From: the human T2T-CHM13v2.0 reference genome, Homo sapiens
Strand: one strand, 5' to 3'
DNA: 64,000 bases
NCBI RefSeq assembly: GCF_009914755.1
Contig: NC_060941.1
In this document: positions 1-27,716 of the stretch, one piece after another
Numbering within the stretch: the first letter of the stretch is position 1
How the letters are laid out: each line of letters opens with the position of its first letter
Position numbers and translations under genes: made by a program
Notes under the pieces: model-generated
What the model saw: the letters and a program-made list of their open reading frames with translations, nothing else
What the model was told of the DNA's origin: nothing
Database searches by the model: none

Positions 1-2125
1 TCACAAGTACTAACTAGTTTTATTCATTGCTAATTTGAGAGGCAAAAGTATAACTTTACTTTGCCTTTTCTGCTTATGAGTGAAGCCATTATCTCTTATC
101 TGTTAAATATGTTTTCATTTGTCTGTTTGTAAATTGCCTTTATGTTCTTGGCTTATGTATTCACCAGTATCTCAGTGTTTTCATATGCATTTCTTAGATC
201 TTTACATGGTAAAAATATTAACCTTTTCATATTTTCTGCAAATATTTCTCCAAGTCTGTTTTTTGCCTTTTAACTTGGTTAACTTTTCCATAAATTTTAA
301 AAAATGTTTATGCAGTCAAATCTGTTGATATTTCTTTGTGCCTTCTTCCTTTGCTTGTATGCCTGGAATATTAATCTAGCCTTTCTTTTGATACATTTTA
401 TAAATATATGTATCCAAGAGGGATTTTTCCAATGAATAATCAATTACCTCAACACTATGTATTGAGTATTTCACTCCCTGCCCCACCCCTACTGATTTGT
501 GATATTTAATTTATGCATATATTAAATTATTTTAAGTTTAAAAATGTGTTTCTGATCTGCATCTTCCATTCCATCAATTTTCTATTCCTAAATCACTATG
601 GCTCAAATTGTTACACAATAACAATCACCCCCACACATTTCCAGTCATTTAGACACCAGCCAGAGACTACACTTTACATACATTATCTCATTTAACTCTT
701 AGAACAAAAGTCCCATGAGGCAAATGTTAGAATTTTCATTTTATAGATGAAGAAAGCCCCAGGAAGAAAAAGTCTGACAGAGAACACATTCCAGCTTTGT
801 CTTCATTCTTTTTCCCAGTTTGTTTAAGAATACACCACCTGGCTTCTCTCAATCCAATTTTTCTTACTTAGTGCCCATGCATACCTCCTACCACCTCCTA
901 ATTTGGATTCAGGGTCAGATCAGCCAAACAACTGACAAGGTGCCAACACATAACAAGTGCTAAAATGTCACTGCAACATTTCCACTCTGATTTACTCACG
1001 CAACTCCTTTCATAACTGGCAAATGCAAACTTACAAACCATTCCTGCCGGAACACGCAGAGCCCTCCAGTGGAAGTTTCAGAAACTCTCCTTGCCAACGC
1101 TGCCTATCTTCATTCAACATTTTGTGGCATGTCTGTGGAAATAATGACAGGTCATCAGCCCTGCCATCAGCCAAGCATTCACTAGTCATCCAAATACAAC
1201 AGGTGATGTAGGCTAAAATTCTAAAACTGAACAACTCACAGTACAGTGCTTTTCAGTGATGATAATTCATTTTTTCCCTATTGTCTAAATTTTAAACATT
1301 TTAATCTGTACCTTGAAAAGTTATCTGGTTTAAAAAATCACAAAAGAAAACTGAAGACAGGATAAATGGAAAGTGTTTTGCTGATGTGAATGCCAGGAAA
1401 ACAATAATTTTCATACATATTTTGACAAAATTTTAGAACTATATTTATATAAACTTTATGTGTAAGAAGTGTAACTAATGATAGATACAAATAGTGGAAA
1501 AAACATTAAATAAAAGAATTTCAAATAAACTTAGATGTTATGTTCAGTGTAACTACTAAATCCATTAATGGTAGCCAACCAAGAGAGATGTGCAATTATT
1601 AATTGAAAATCTACTTCATGCTCTACAATAAATATTTGAATAAATGTATAAAGAATATCAATTTGAAGATGTATCCAAATCTTACACTGTCTGGGTTGCC
1701 AGACACCATACTTTAGCTGCGCTCATACCTGAGATGTCCTCTTAACTCTTTCCCCTCTAGACTAGACAGACTTCTCCACAAAATCAAGAAATTGGGTATC
1801 ATTTTTTAAAAAAACTTCCTCAGAACCCAGCACACATGATCACCATCAATTAATGTTTTCTGAGTAAACAAACGCTGCATCCCTCCTCACTCCTACCTAA
1901 CCCCAATTTAGCTCCTCTTCAGAAAGACCAGTTCTTCCACCCCTTTGACTGTGTTCTCCATCTTATGGAAGATAATTACACAGAAAACAAAAGATTCACC
2001 CTAGGTGACCTATGCACATGGGTTCCGATATCTGTGTCTAATTTCATACCTCTTTCTGCTTCCAAACCCAAAATGGACATTCAGGTCCCAGGAAGCAAGG
2101 CCCACACTTCCTTATATGAAATTCT

Positions 2126-8411
<6,286 letters not shown>

Positions 8412-10434
8412 CTTATATGAAATTCTAATGCAAACACAATAAGAAATTGACTCACTGGCCAACATAAACTCAGTATGCCCCATCCAATATCTCATTTTGG
8501 AGAATGCTGAGATTTTAATGTGCTGCGTCTTGCTTTCACTTACTGCCATGCATCCATTTTAGAAAACAGAAAGAAACTAGAAACCATGACTTCTTTCCAC
8601 CTTTAAAAAGCATTTCATGAAGAAAACTAAGCCACAAATTCAGTAATTCAGTAGTTCTGGGTGGGAAGTGGGGAAAAGAACAAGTTTGGAGGGAGTACAC
8701 CCAGGAGTTGTCAGCACTGTATTGAACAGGAGTGTTCATTCAATGAAAGCTTGCTTAGTGTCATATCAACCTACTCCCATTTTTAACAGTAGTCTAGTTT
8801 TCATCCAGCCTCCACCCCTCCCTGACGTAGCCCACATGCTTTGGCAGAAGATAACTCCATCTCCCCCACCCCCTTTGCCTCATTATTTGTTCAAGTAACC
8901 TAGATTCATGCCAACCAACACTTGAAATGCTGTCCCATCACCATGGACAACCTATGTCATCAAAGAAGCAGAAGGAGGGGTCTGTGATTCTACTTTGTCT
9001 AGGAACTTTTTCTCATTCTAATCCATGGCTTGCAATACATCTTAGTGTCATTCACCTTGTTTTGATTTTTCCACTCAGTGATATACAGGAGTGCTGTAGT
9101 GCCACATCAGTGCATATGCAGTGGGATATTCGGCTCTGTGGCACTGCCCCTTCTTTAGGTGGCATGTTACAAAAATGAGCCAAAGATGATGTCTGTGTAT
9201 TGACTCTTAGGTGGTTTATTTCTTCACTGCTGGCTGAGACTTGTGAGCTAAAAAGCCTGCTTCCACCAAATTCAAATTTTTACACATCTAATTATTTTTA
9301 AATAAAAATACCCTGAAGAAGAAGATTTTCAGCAATTTAGAGCCTTCCTGCTTTGCGTGTCCTGTAAAAACTCACCCTGCATCTGCCAACCACAAACAAG
9401 ACAGCCTTGTGGTTGTAAGACTCCAGGCCACTACTGTACCTTGGAGACTCTGACCCAGAGATTCCCCACCATACAGCTAGACAATATCATCTAGACACAA
9501 AAGTCCCTCTCCGATTCCCTTCTCTTCTGGGAGTTCTCTTGCCCTCCTCCAGGAAAGGGATTTCTTTGCCTGCAAACCTGACCACTTCCCTTAATAAAGT
9601 TTGTAGGCACTACTGCCACTTATAGTCATATCCTTTTCCTTGACCATTCCCCAAATCCCTCAAACCACCTACATAACCACACTCCAATATCACTTTGAGG
9701 AACTATGCCTTCAAATCTCCTTCAGTTTATGAGCTTTGGGTGGGGCTGCACACCAAGATCTGGTCAAGCAGTATACCAAATCCTCCAGTTATAGCTTTAG
9801 GGAAGGGCATCTGACCCAAGTTGATCCAACCAAAGTGAATCCTAGGCCTCATGCTGAGCCAACTGGAGGGAATGTTCCCTGTCTCCCAAAAGCCTGTAAT
9901 GGGAAGAGCAGTAGCAGCTACCTTGCCTATCAAGTCTGGAGGATCAAACAAAGTCTCTAGGACTCACTTTTGCTCCATCTCTTAGAACTGCTTTTCTCTG
10001 TGTTGGCCTCATCCTCAAGTGGGCTAAAGAGATAGAGGAAACCAAGAAGAATAAAATGATTGTTTTTTAAAAGGCAAGCAGGGGAAGATAAGATCCAGAA
10101 GACAGGTGGAGAGGTGGATCTGATGAAGAAAGGAAGGAAGGTACCACGATGCTGATGTAGGTAGGACAATAAATTCAGAGGAAAGATGTCGGTACAGGCA
10201 AATTATTAGAGGATTTATCTCTCAGGGAGCTAAGAGGAACAAATACAAGAGAAAAGACATTCATCTACTAATAGAGGTCAACCAAGTAAATAATCCGGAC
10301 ACATCTATTGGTCCACAAGCCTCACCCTTTCAGAGAACTTCCAATCATGTTCTTAGGACCTTTTTCTTAAATAATGAAGACAGCCAAAATCATCAGAGAG
10401 AGTACAAGACCAAAAACAAGAGAAAAAAAGGAAA

Positions 10435-10477
10435 GAGAGAGAGAGAGAGAGAGATAGAGAGAGACAGAGAGAGAGAC
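10435..10477. repeat. (GA)n microsatellite
   Basis: Seen directly in the sequence. Confidence 0.9.
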
Positions 10478-12260
10478 CAAAATAAGAAACGAAACAACAC
10501 AGAGGGCAGAAGAACAACAAAATTATAATAAGCAGCCTTAGAAAGTGAAATAAAATAAGAAGAGCCCATAAAAAGAAACAATATCACAAAAACAGTTCTT
10601 GAAAATGAAAAACGTGATCACAGAAATTCATTAAAATCAACAGAAGTCTTGTAGTTTAAGTTGAGAAAGTCTCCCAGAAAGTAGAGAGAAAAGAAAAATT
10701 GATGGATAATAGGAGACAAATGAATTTTTAAAAAGGCCCCAAAGTTTTAACATCTGAAGAATAAAAATTCTCTAGAAAAAGAACAAAGAAAATGGGGATG
10801 AGGGAGCACCAGAGTAATATTTTTTAAAATTTTTCCAAAAATTGAATAAAGTACCCACATTCAAAACAAAATGGATTAAAACTAAATTCACCCCAAGACA
10901 ATCACTGTGAAATTTCAGATCACTAAGATCTGACAGAAGAGTCTACAAGCTTCCAAAGTGGGGATGGGGGAGAAGGGGCGTGTCAGTTTTCACATGCAAA
11001 GGATGAATGAAAGGATTTCTGCTTCTTCTAACAGCAGGCTAGGTGTTTTGTACTAAACCTTCCTCTGGGGACAATTATAAAAGCTAGACAAAATATTTTA
11101 AAATATATTTTTGAAGGCACCACAGAGCTAATAAAAAAAATTGCCAGGACAGGACATTTCACTTAACATAATGTCCTCCATGTGCATCCATGTTGTCACA
11201 AATGACAGGACTTCTTACTTTTTAAGGCTGAATAGCATTCTGTGTGGTATATATACTATATTTTCTTTTTAATTTTTATGGGTACATGGTAGGTGTACAT
11301 ATTTATAAGTACATGAGATATTTTGATATAGGCAGGCAATGTGTGCAAATTACATCCTGAAAAATGGGAAGGGCATCTGACCCAAGTTGATCCAACCAGA
11401 GTGAATCCTAGGCCTCATGCTGAGCCAACTGGAGGGAATGTTCCCTGTTTTCCAAGAGCCTGTAATGGGAACAGCAGTAGCAGCCACCTTGCCTATCAGC
11501 CTATCAGCCGCCTTGCCATCCCCTCCAGCATTTGTCCTTTGTGTCACAAACAATCCAATTATAGCAATTATACTATTTCAGTTATTTCAAAATGTACAAA
11601 CCATTATTAATTATAGTTACTCTGCTGTGCTATCAAATACTAGTTCTTATTCACTCTTTCCATGGTTTTTTTTTTTGTACCCATTATCCATCCGCACCTC
11701 TCCATCTCAGCCCCCAACTGTCCTTCCCAGCCTCTGCTCTTCTACTCACTATGGTTATGAGGTCAATTGTTTTGATTTTTAGATCCCACAAATAAGTGAG
11801 AACACATGATGTTTGACTTCCTGTGCTTGGCTTATTCACTCAATATAAGGACCTCCAGTTCCATCCATGTTTTTGCAAATGACTGACTCTCATTTTTTAT
11901 GGCTGAATAGTACTCCATTGTGTATATGCACCACATTTTCTTTATCCATTTGTCTGTTGATGGACACTTAGGTTGACTCCCAAAGCTTGGCTATTGTGCA
12001 CAGTGCTGCAACGAACATGGGAGAGCAGATCTCTCTTTGATATATTGATTTTCTTTCATTTTGATATATACGTAGCAGCGAGACTGCTGGATCATAGGAT
12101 AGCTCTATTTCTACTTTATTGAGGAACCTCCAAGCTGTTCTCCATAGTGGCTGTACTAATTTACATTTCTACCAATGGTGTATAAGGGTTCCCTTTTCTC
12201 CACAACTCAATGATGTTGAGTACCTTTTCATATGTCTGTTTGCCATTTGTATGTCTTCTT

Positions 12261-17108
<4,848 letters not shown>

Positions 17109-18131
17109 TAATCAGGATTAGATTTTTTTCCTATAGAGTTGCTGAGCTCCTCATATATTCTGGTTATTAATCCTTTGCCAGATGGGTAGTTTGCAAATAT
17201 TTTCTCCCATTCTGTGGGCTGTCTCTTCACTTTGTTGATTGCTTCCTCTGCTGTGTAGAAGCTTTTTAACTTGATGTGATTTGTCCATTTTTGCTTTGGT
17301 TGCCTCTGCTTGTGGAATATTACTTAAAACATTTTTGCACAGACCAATGTCCTGAAGAGTTACCCCAATGTTTTGTTTTAGTAGTTTCATAGTTTGAGGT
17401 CTTCGATTTAAGTCTTTAATCCATTTTGATTTGATTTTTATTTATGATGAGAGACAGGGGTCTAGTTTTATTCTTCTGACTATGGATATCCAGTTTTCCC
17501 AACACCATTTATTAAAGAGACTGTCTTTTCCCCAGTGTATATCTTGCATCTTTGTCAAAAATGAGTTCACTGTAGGAGTGTTTGTTTCTGAGTTCTCTAT
17601 TATGTTCCATTGGTTTATATGTCTGTTTCTATGCCAGTACCATGCTGTTTTGGTTACTATAGCTCTGTAGTATAATTTGAAGTAAGGTAATATAATTCTT
17701 CCAGTTTTGTTCTTTTTGCTTCAGGATAGCTTTGGCTAATCTGGGTCTTTTGTGATTTCATATAAATTTTAGGATTTTTTTCTATTTCTGTGAAGAATGT
17801 CATTGGTATTTTGATAAGGATTGCATTGAATCTGTAGGTCACTTTGGGTAGTATGGGCATTTTACCAATATCGATTTTTCCAATCCATAAACATGCAATA
17901 TCTTTCCATTTCTGGTGTCCTGTTCAATTTCTTTTATCAGTGTTTTACAGTTTTTCATTGTAGAGATCTTTTTCTTGGGTTAATTCCTAGGTATTTTTAT
18001 TTGTGGCTACTGTATAGGGGATTACATTTTTTATTTCCTTTTCAGATTGTTCACTGTTAGCATATAGATATGCTACTTTTTTTATGTTGATGCTGTATCC
18101 TGCAACTTTACTGAATTTGCTTATAAGTTCT

Positions 18132-18263
18132 TTTTTTTTTTTTGAAGGGTATATCTAGGTTAATTTTAATAAGTGTTGCCAGGTTGCTTTCCAAAAATGC
18201 CATAACAATTTATGTTTCAGCAACAGTGAATTAGAGAATGCTTTCCCTGAATCTTTGCCCAAT
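18132..18263 (-). mobile_element. Short poly(A)-tailed retroposed insert (about 130 bp)
   Basis: T13 at 18131-18143; ATTAAA on minus at 18170-18165; AGTTCT duplicated at 18126-18131 and 18264-18269. Confidence 0.65.
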
Positions 18264-18674
18264 AGTTCTAATTGGTAGAGTCTTTAGGTTTTCCCAAATA
18301 CAAAATCATATCAACAGGGGTAATCTGACTTCTTCTTTTCCAATTTGGATGTCCTTTTATATGTTTCTCTTGTCTAACTGTTCTAGCTAGGACTTCCAGT
18401 ACTATGTTGAATAACAATAGTGAAAGTGGACATTCTCGCTGTATTCTGGATCTTAGAGGAAAGGCTTTCAGTTTTTCCTAATTCAGTATGATACTATTCA
18501 TAGCTGTGGATCTGTCATATACATGGCTTTCATTATGTTGAGGTATTCTCCTTCTATATCCAGGTTTTTGAGGGTTTTTATCATAAAGGGATGTTGGATT
18601 TTATCAAATGATTTTTCAGCATCAATTGAACTGTTCATATGGCATTCTGTTGATATGATGCATCACATTGATTT

Positions 18675-18985
18675 TTAAATTTTATTATTTTAAATTTCTT
18701 GTGGGTACATGATAGGTATATATTTATAGGGTACATGAGTTGTTTTGATACAGGCGTGCAAAGTGAAATAAGCACATCATGGAAAATAGGGTGTCCATCA
18801 CCTCAAGCACTTATGTTTCAAGTTACAAACAATCCAATTATATTGTTATTTTAAAATATACCATTAAGTTATTATTGACTATATCACCCCACTGTGCTAT
18901 CAAATAGTGGTTCTTATTCATCCTTTTTTTTTTTTGTACCCATTAACCATTCCCAGCTCCATGGTTATCAGATGCTGGGAAGGGT
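18675..18985 (-). mobile_element. L1MA-type 3' end insertion with an inverted 5' piece of about 25 nt
   Basis: TSD ATCACATTGATTT at 18662-18674 and 18986-18998; 18961-18985 is plus-oriented L1MA 3' UTR. Confidence 0.8.
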
Positions 18986-21900
18986 ATCACATTGATTTAT
19001 TTGCACATTTTGCACCATCTTTGCATCCCTGGGATAAATCTCACTTAGTTATGATGAATAATTTTTTTAAATGTATTGTTAAATTTGATTGGCTAGCATT
19101 TTGTTGAAGATTTCTGCACCAGTATTCATCAGAGATACTGGCCTGTAGTTGTTGTTGTTGTTTTTAATGTGTCTGTGTCTGTTTTTGGTATCAGAGTAAT
19201 ACTGGCCTCAAAGAATGTTTGTAACATTTCCTCCTCCTCTATTTTTTGGAACAGTTTGAATAGGATTTATATTAGTTTTTAAATATTTGCTAGAATTCAG
19301 CAGTGAAGCCATTGCGTCCTGTGCTTTTCTTTTCCTCTTTTTTGAGACAGGTTTTGCTCTGTCACCCAGTGTGCAGTGCAGTGGTATAATCATGGTACAC
19401 TGTAGCCTCAACCTAAAGAAAAGTAAAGGTTTTTATTTATAGGAGACCTTTTATTATGACTTTCATCTCATTATTATTATTGGTCTATTTGTATTTTGGA
19501 TTTCTTTATGGTTTGATCTTGGTAGGTTGTATGTGTCTAGATTTTTGAATTTATTGGCATATGGTTGCTAATAGTAGTCACTAATGATCCTTCAAAGTTC
19601 CGTGGTATCAGTAGCAATGAGTCTTTCTTCATCTCCGATTTTATTTATTTGGTCTTCTCTCTTTTTTTCTTAGTCTGGCTAAAGGTTTGGCCATATTGTT
19701 TATCTTTTCACAAAACCAATGTTTTATTTCACTGATCTTTTATATTATTTTCTTCATTTCAAATTCTCTTATTTCTGCGATGATCTTTATTACCTCCCTT
19801 CTTTTACTAATTTTGGGGTAGGTTTGCTCTTGCTTTTCTTGTTCTTTAAGATGCATCATTAGGCTATTTATTTGAAGTTTTTCTTCTGTTTTGAGGTAGG
19901 CATTTATACCTATAAATTTCCCTCTTAGTATTGCTTTTGCTCTATCCCATAGGTTTTGGTATGTTGTGTTTGCATTATCATTTGTTTCAATAAATTTTTA
20001 TTCCTTCTCAATGTTGTTATTGGCCCACTGGTCATTCAGGAGTGTACTGTGTAATGTCTAATGTGTTCATATAGTTCCAAAATTATTCTTATTATAGTTC
20101 CATATAGTTCACATAGTTTCCAAAATTCTTCTTATTATTGATTTCTACTTTTATTCCATTGTGGTCAGAGAAGATGCTTGATATTATTTCAATTTTTTGA
20201 ATGTTTTATGATTTGTTTTGTGACCTAATATATGGACTATCATTGAGAATGATCCATGTGCTGAGGAAAAGAATGTGTATTCTGCAGCCTTTGGATGAAA
20301 TGTTCTGTAAATATCTATTAGGTCTATTTGTTCCATGGTGAAGATTAAGTCCTATCATTTTTTGTTGATTGTCTGTCTGGAAGATCTTTCCAGCACTGAA
20401 AGTGGGGTATTGAAGTCTCCCACTATTATCATGTTGGCATTTCTCTCTCTCTCTCTCTCTCTCTCTTCAGCTCTAATAATGTTTGCTTTATATATCTGGG
20501 TACTACAGTGCAGTGCTGTGTACATATATATTTGCAATCATTATATCCTGTTGCTGAATTGACCCCTTTACCATTATATAATGCCCTTCTTTTTCTCTTG
20601 CAGTTTTTGTCTGGACATCTATTTTGTCTAATGTAAGTATAGCTACTTCTGCTCTTTTTTGGTTTTCATTGGCATGGAATCTTTTTCCATCTATTATTTT
20701 CAGTCTGTGTGCATATTTATAGGTGAAGTGTGTTTACTGTAAGCAAGAGATCACTGGGTCTCATGTATTCATCCACTCAGCCACTCTGTCTTTTGGTTGG
20801 AGAGTTTAGTTCATTTATATTCAAAGTTATTATTAAGTAGGGACTTACTCCTGCCTTTTTGTTATTTGTTTTCTGGTTGCTTTATGGTCTTTTCTTCCCT
20901 CCTTCCTTCTTTCCTTCCTTCCTGTCTTTTGTTTTTAGTCAAGATTATTTGCTCTGGTGATATCATTTAATCTCTTGGTTTTTGTTTTTTATATATCCCT
21001 TGTATGTTTTTTGATTTGAGATTACCATGAGGCTAGCAAATACTGTCTCATAACCCATTATTTTAAACTGATGACAGCTTAACACTGAGTGCATAAACAA
21101 TCAAACAAACACACAAAAAGAAATAACTAATAAAAACTCTACACCTAAACTTCATCCCCCACTTTGTAATTTTTTGTTGTTTCTCTTTATGTCTTATTGC
21201 ACTGTGTTTAAAAGGTTGTTTTAGTTATTATTTTTTATTGGTTCATCATTTAGTCTTTCTATTTGAGTAGTTTACACACCACAGTTATAGTGTTTTAAGA
21301 TTCTGTTTTTCCATGCACTTACTATTACCAGTCAGTTTTGTACCTTCAGATAATTTTTCCTTGCTCATTAACATCCTTTTCTTTCAGAGGGAAGACTTCC
21401 ATTTAGCATTTCTTGTAGGACAGGTCTGATGTTGATGAAATTTCTCATCTTTTGCTTGTCTGAGAAGATCTTTATTTTCCTTCATGCTTGAAGGATATTT
21501 TAGCAACCATATGCAAATAAATTCAAAAATCTAGACACATACAACCTACCAAGATCAAACCATGAAGAAATCCAAAACACAAACAGACCAATAATAATAA
21601 TGAGATAACTTTGAGGATTAGACACTATTTTCCACCATAAATACTCTAACAATTGTAGTAATTAGTAGCAGACAAACCTAGCATCCAGATCACCAATCAA
21701 TAGCCTTTGGGAGGCAAATATTGAAACTGAAAAATTCTTTGTCCCACTTAACAGACAAAGACTCTATGATGACAAGATGCAAGATAAATACGCTCTTAAG
21801 TTTATAGTAACTATATATAAGCATTCTCCAACTGTCTCATCTTTCTAAACAATAAAAAACATGGCTAAGTACTGAGTTTAAAACTTCTCATGTCAATAAT

Positions 21901-22459
21901 TTTTTTCACTAGAAGTTTCTCATTAAGTACTATTGAAACTTAAGGGCCATGATTTCAAGTGTAATTTTAACTAAGCCTGAATCAAAGAACTGGAAGCTTA
22001 TCAGTTTATTTCCACAATACCAAAGTGAAAATTAATCCCTATTTGAACATCTTCCCTTCTCCCCTTGCTACAACAGCTCAAGAGTGCAACTGTTTCACCA
22101 CATCTTGTTTACAGTCATGTATATAACACACTAGTTCCCAAACTTAGTTGTACATTCTTGCCTGTTTGCATAGGTGGTACTAATACAGCTAGTCCATGAA
22201 GCAGCATTTGGGAACCATGGGGCTTCATCACATCCTCAGTAGCCTGAAAACACTTATCTAGGGATAAGGTGAGAGCTGATTTCTCAAAGGTCCCAGAATC
22301 TCATGAGTGTCGTCTGGGGCTCTATCACCTAATCCTTGGTGCAAGAATCAGAGACTTTCAGTTTCCTGTAAAGGCAAAGTACATAATGCAGACCAACCCT
22401 CCCCATGAAAATAAAAAGCCAGATGAAATATTAAGAACATCTTAGAACATCAAAGGATA

Positions 22460-22900
22460 AGCTGCACACAAAGAGACATATAATGTATAATTCCATTTTT
22501 GTGAGGTGTCTAGAATAGTCAAACTCAAAGAGACAAGGTAGAATGGTGGTTGCCAGAGGCTGGGAGGAGAGGAGAAGGAGAGTTTTTGTTTAATGGGTAC
22601 AGAGTTTCAATTGGGGAGGATGAAAAAGAGGTCCAGAGATAGATGCTGGTGATGGCTGCAGAACATTGTGAATGTATCAGTGCCAGTGAACTGTACACTT
22701 AAAAATGGTTAAAATGGTGTATATAATTTTTAATTTTTTTTATAGAGAGACAGGGTCTTGCTATGATGCCCAGGTTGGTCTCAAACTCCTGGCCTGAAGC
22801 AATCCTCCTGCCTTGGCCTTCCAGAAGTGCTGGGATTAAAGATGTGAGCTGCCACTGCTGGGAAAAATGGTGTATTTTATGTTATGTATGTTTTACCACA
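22460..22900 (+). mobile_element. Old L1 (L1MB-like) 3' end containing a minus-strand Alu monomer (about 22730-22862)
   Basis: gtcaaactcaaagagaca...gttgccagaggctggg...gaactgtacacttaaaaatggttaaaatgg, interrupted by gagacagggtcttgctatg... Confidence 0.7.
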
Positions 22901-23261
22901 AAAACAATTTTTTGATAAAAGCATCAGAAACCTAATAGGCTAGTGAGGCCTTGCCTGGCAGAGATCAGAGTGGGGGTCAGGTTCAGAGAGGCCACTTAAT
23001 AACTGAAGCCTCTGGACTTGGAGCCAATTTTTCCTAGAAGCATTTTCTGATCCAGACGAGGTCTCGAAGAGGCTGAGCTGTACTACTGGCAGGCTCATTG
23101 GCCTAGGAGGACATCAGTGGAACTCCATCACTCTGGGCTGAATTATATCATATAACCACTAAAAAAATTAAATTAGCAATTTAAAATTTTCTCACAAAGA
23201 AAATCCCAGACCTAGAAGGTTTCAATGGTGAATCTGATTAAAGAATTAAGAAATAAATCAT

Positions 23262-24701
23262 GGTTTTCTTGTGTCTTGATTTCCCCTCAGTTCAGTTCTG
23301 ATTTTTGTTATTTCTCATCTTCTGCTAGCTTTGGGGTTGATTTGTTCTTGCTTCTTTAATCTTTGACTTGTGAAGTTATGTTGTTAATTTGATATCTTTT
23401 TAACTTTTTGATGTGGGCATTTAGTGCTATGAATTTCCCTCTTAACATTGCTTTAGCTGTGTCCCAGAAATTCTGCTATGTTGTATCTTTGTTCTCATTA
23501 GTTTCAAAGACAGTTCTTGAATTCTGCCTTAATTTTATTATTTATTCAAAAGTCATTCAGGAGCATGTTGTTTAATTTCCATGTAATTGCATGGTTTTGA
23601 GTGATTTTAATAATCTTGACTTCTATTTTTATTGTGCTGTGGTTTGAGAGTATGTTTGGTATGGTTTTGGTTCTATTACATTTGTTGAGGATTATTTTAT
23701 GTCTAATTATGTGGTTAATTTTCGAGTATGTGCCATGTGGCAACAAGAAGAATGTATATTCTATTGTTTTGGGGTGCAGAGTTTTGTATAGAAGTCTATC
23801 AGTTCTATTTGTTCCAGTGTTGAGTTTAGGTCCTAAATATCATTGTTAATTTTCTGCCTTGATGATCTGTCTAATACTGTCAGTGGAGTGTTGAAGAGTC
23901 CCATTATTATTGTTCAAGAGTCTATGTCTCCTTGTAGGTCTTTAAAACTTGCTTTATAAATCTGGGTACTCCTGTGTTGTGTGCATATATATTTAGGATA
24001 TTCAGATCTTCTTGTTGAATTGAACCCTTTACCATTGTGTAGTGTCCTTCTTTGTCTTTTTTGATATTTGGTGGTTTTAAATCTGTTTTGTCTGAAATTA
24101 GGATTGCAACCCCTGCTTCCTTTTTTCTATTTGCTGGGTAGATTTTCCTCCATCCTTTTATTTCAAACCTATGAGTGTTGTTTTGTGTGAGATGGGTCTC
24201 ATGAAGGCAGAATACTACTGGATCTTGCTTTATCCAGCTTGCCACTCTGTGCCTTTGAAGTGGGGCATTTAGCCCATTCACCTTCAAGGTCAGTATTGAT
24301 ATGTATGGATTTGATCCTGTCATTGTGCTGTTAGCTGGTTATTATCTTGGCTTCTTTGTGTGGTTGTTTTACAGTGACACTGGTCTGTGTGTTTAAGTAT
24401 GTTTTTGTATTAGCTGGCAGTAGTCTTTCCTTTCTATATTTAGTGCTCATTTCAAGATCTCTTGTAAGGCAGATCTGGTGGTGATGAATTCCCTCAATAT
24501 TTGCTTATCTGAAAAGGAACATATTTCTCCCTCACTTAGGAAACTTAGTTTGGCTGGATATGAAATTCTTGGTTGAAGATTATTTTTCTCTAAGAATGTT
24601 GATTATAGGTCCCCAATCTCTTCTGGCTTGTAGGGTTTTAGCTGAGAGGTCTGCTGTTAGCCTAATGGGGTTCCCTTTGTAGGTAACCTTCCCTTTCTCT
24701 C
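23262..24701 (-). mobile_element. Older primate L1 fragment (ORF1 end and ORF2 endonuclease region)
   Basis: ORF 23922..24323 reads MTGSNPYISILTLKVNGLNAP, a diverged L1 endonuclease domain. Confidence 0.85.
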
Positions 24702-27715
<3,014 letters not shown>

Positions 27716-27716
27716 A

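Noticed and set aside
9180-9660. Possible old LTR
   Set aside because: It has an LTR-like AATAAA and composition, but I could not assign a family or boundaries.
9727-11610. Two similar short ORFs (…EGHLTQVDPT…) as a duplicated micro-gene
   Set aside because: Similarity is limited to the 133-bp templated copy; starts and ends differ and there is no coding evidence.
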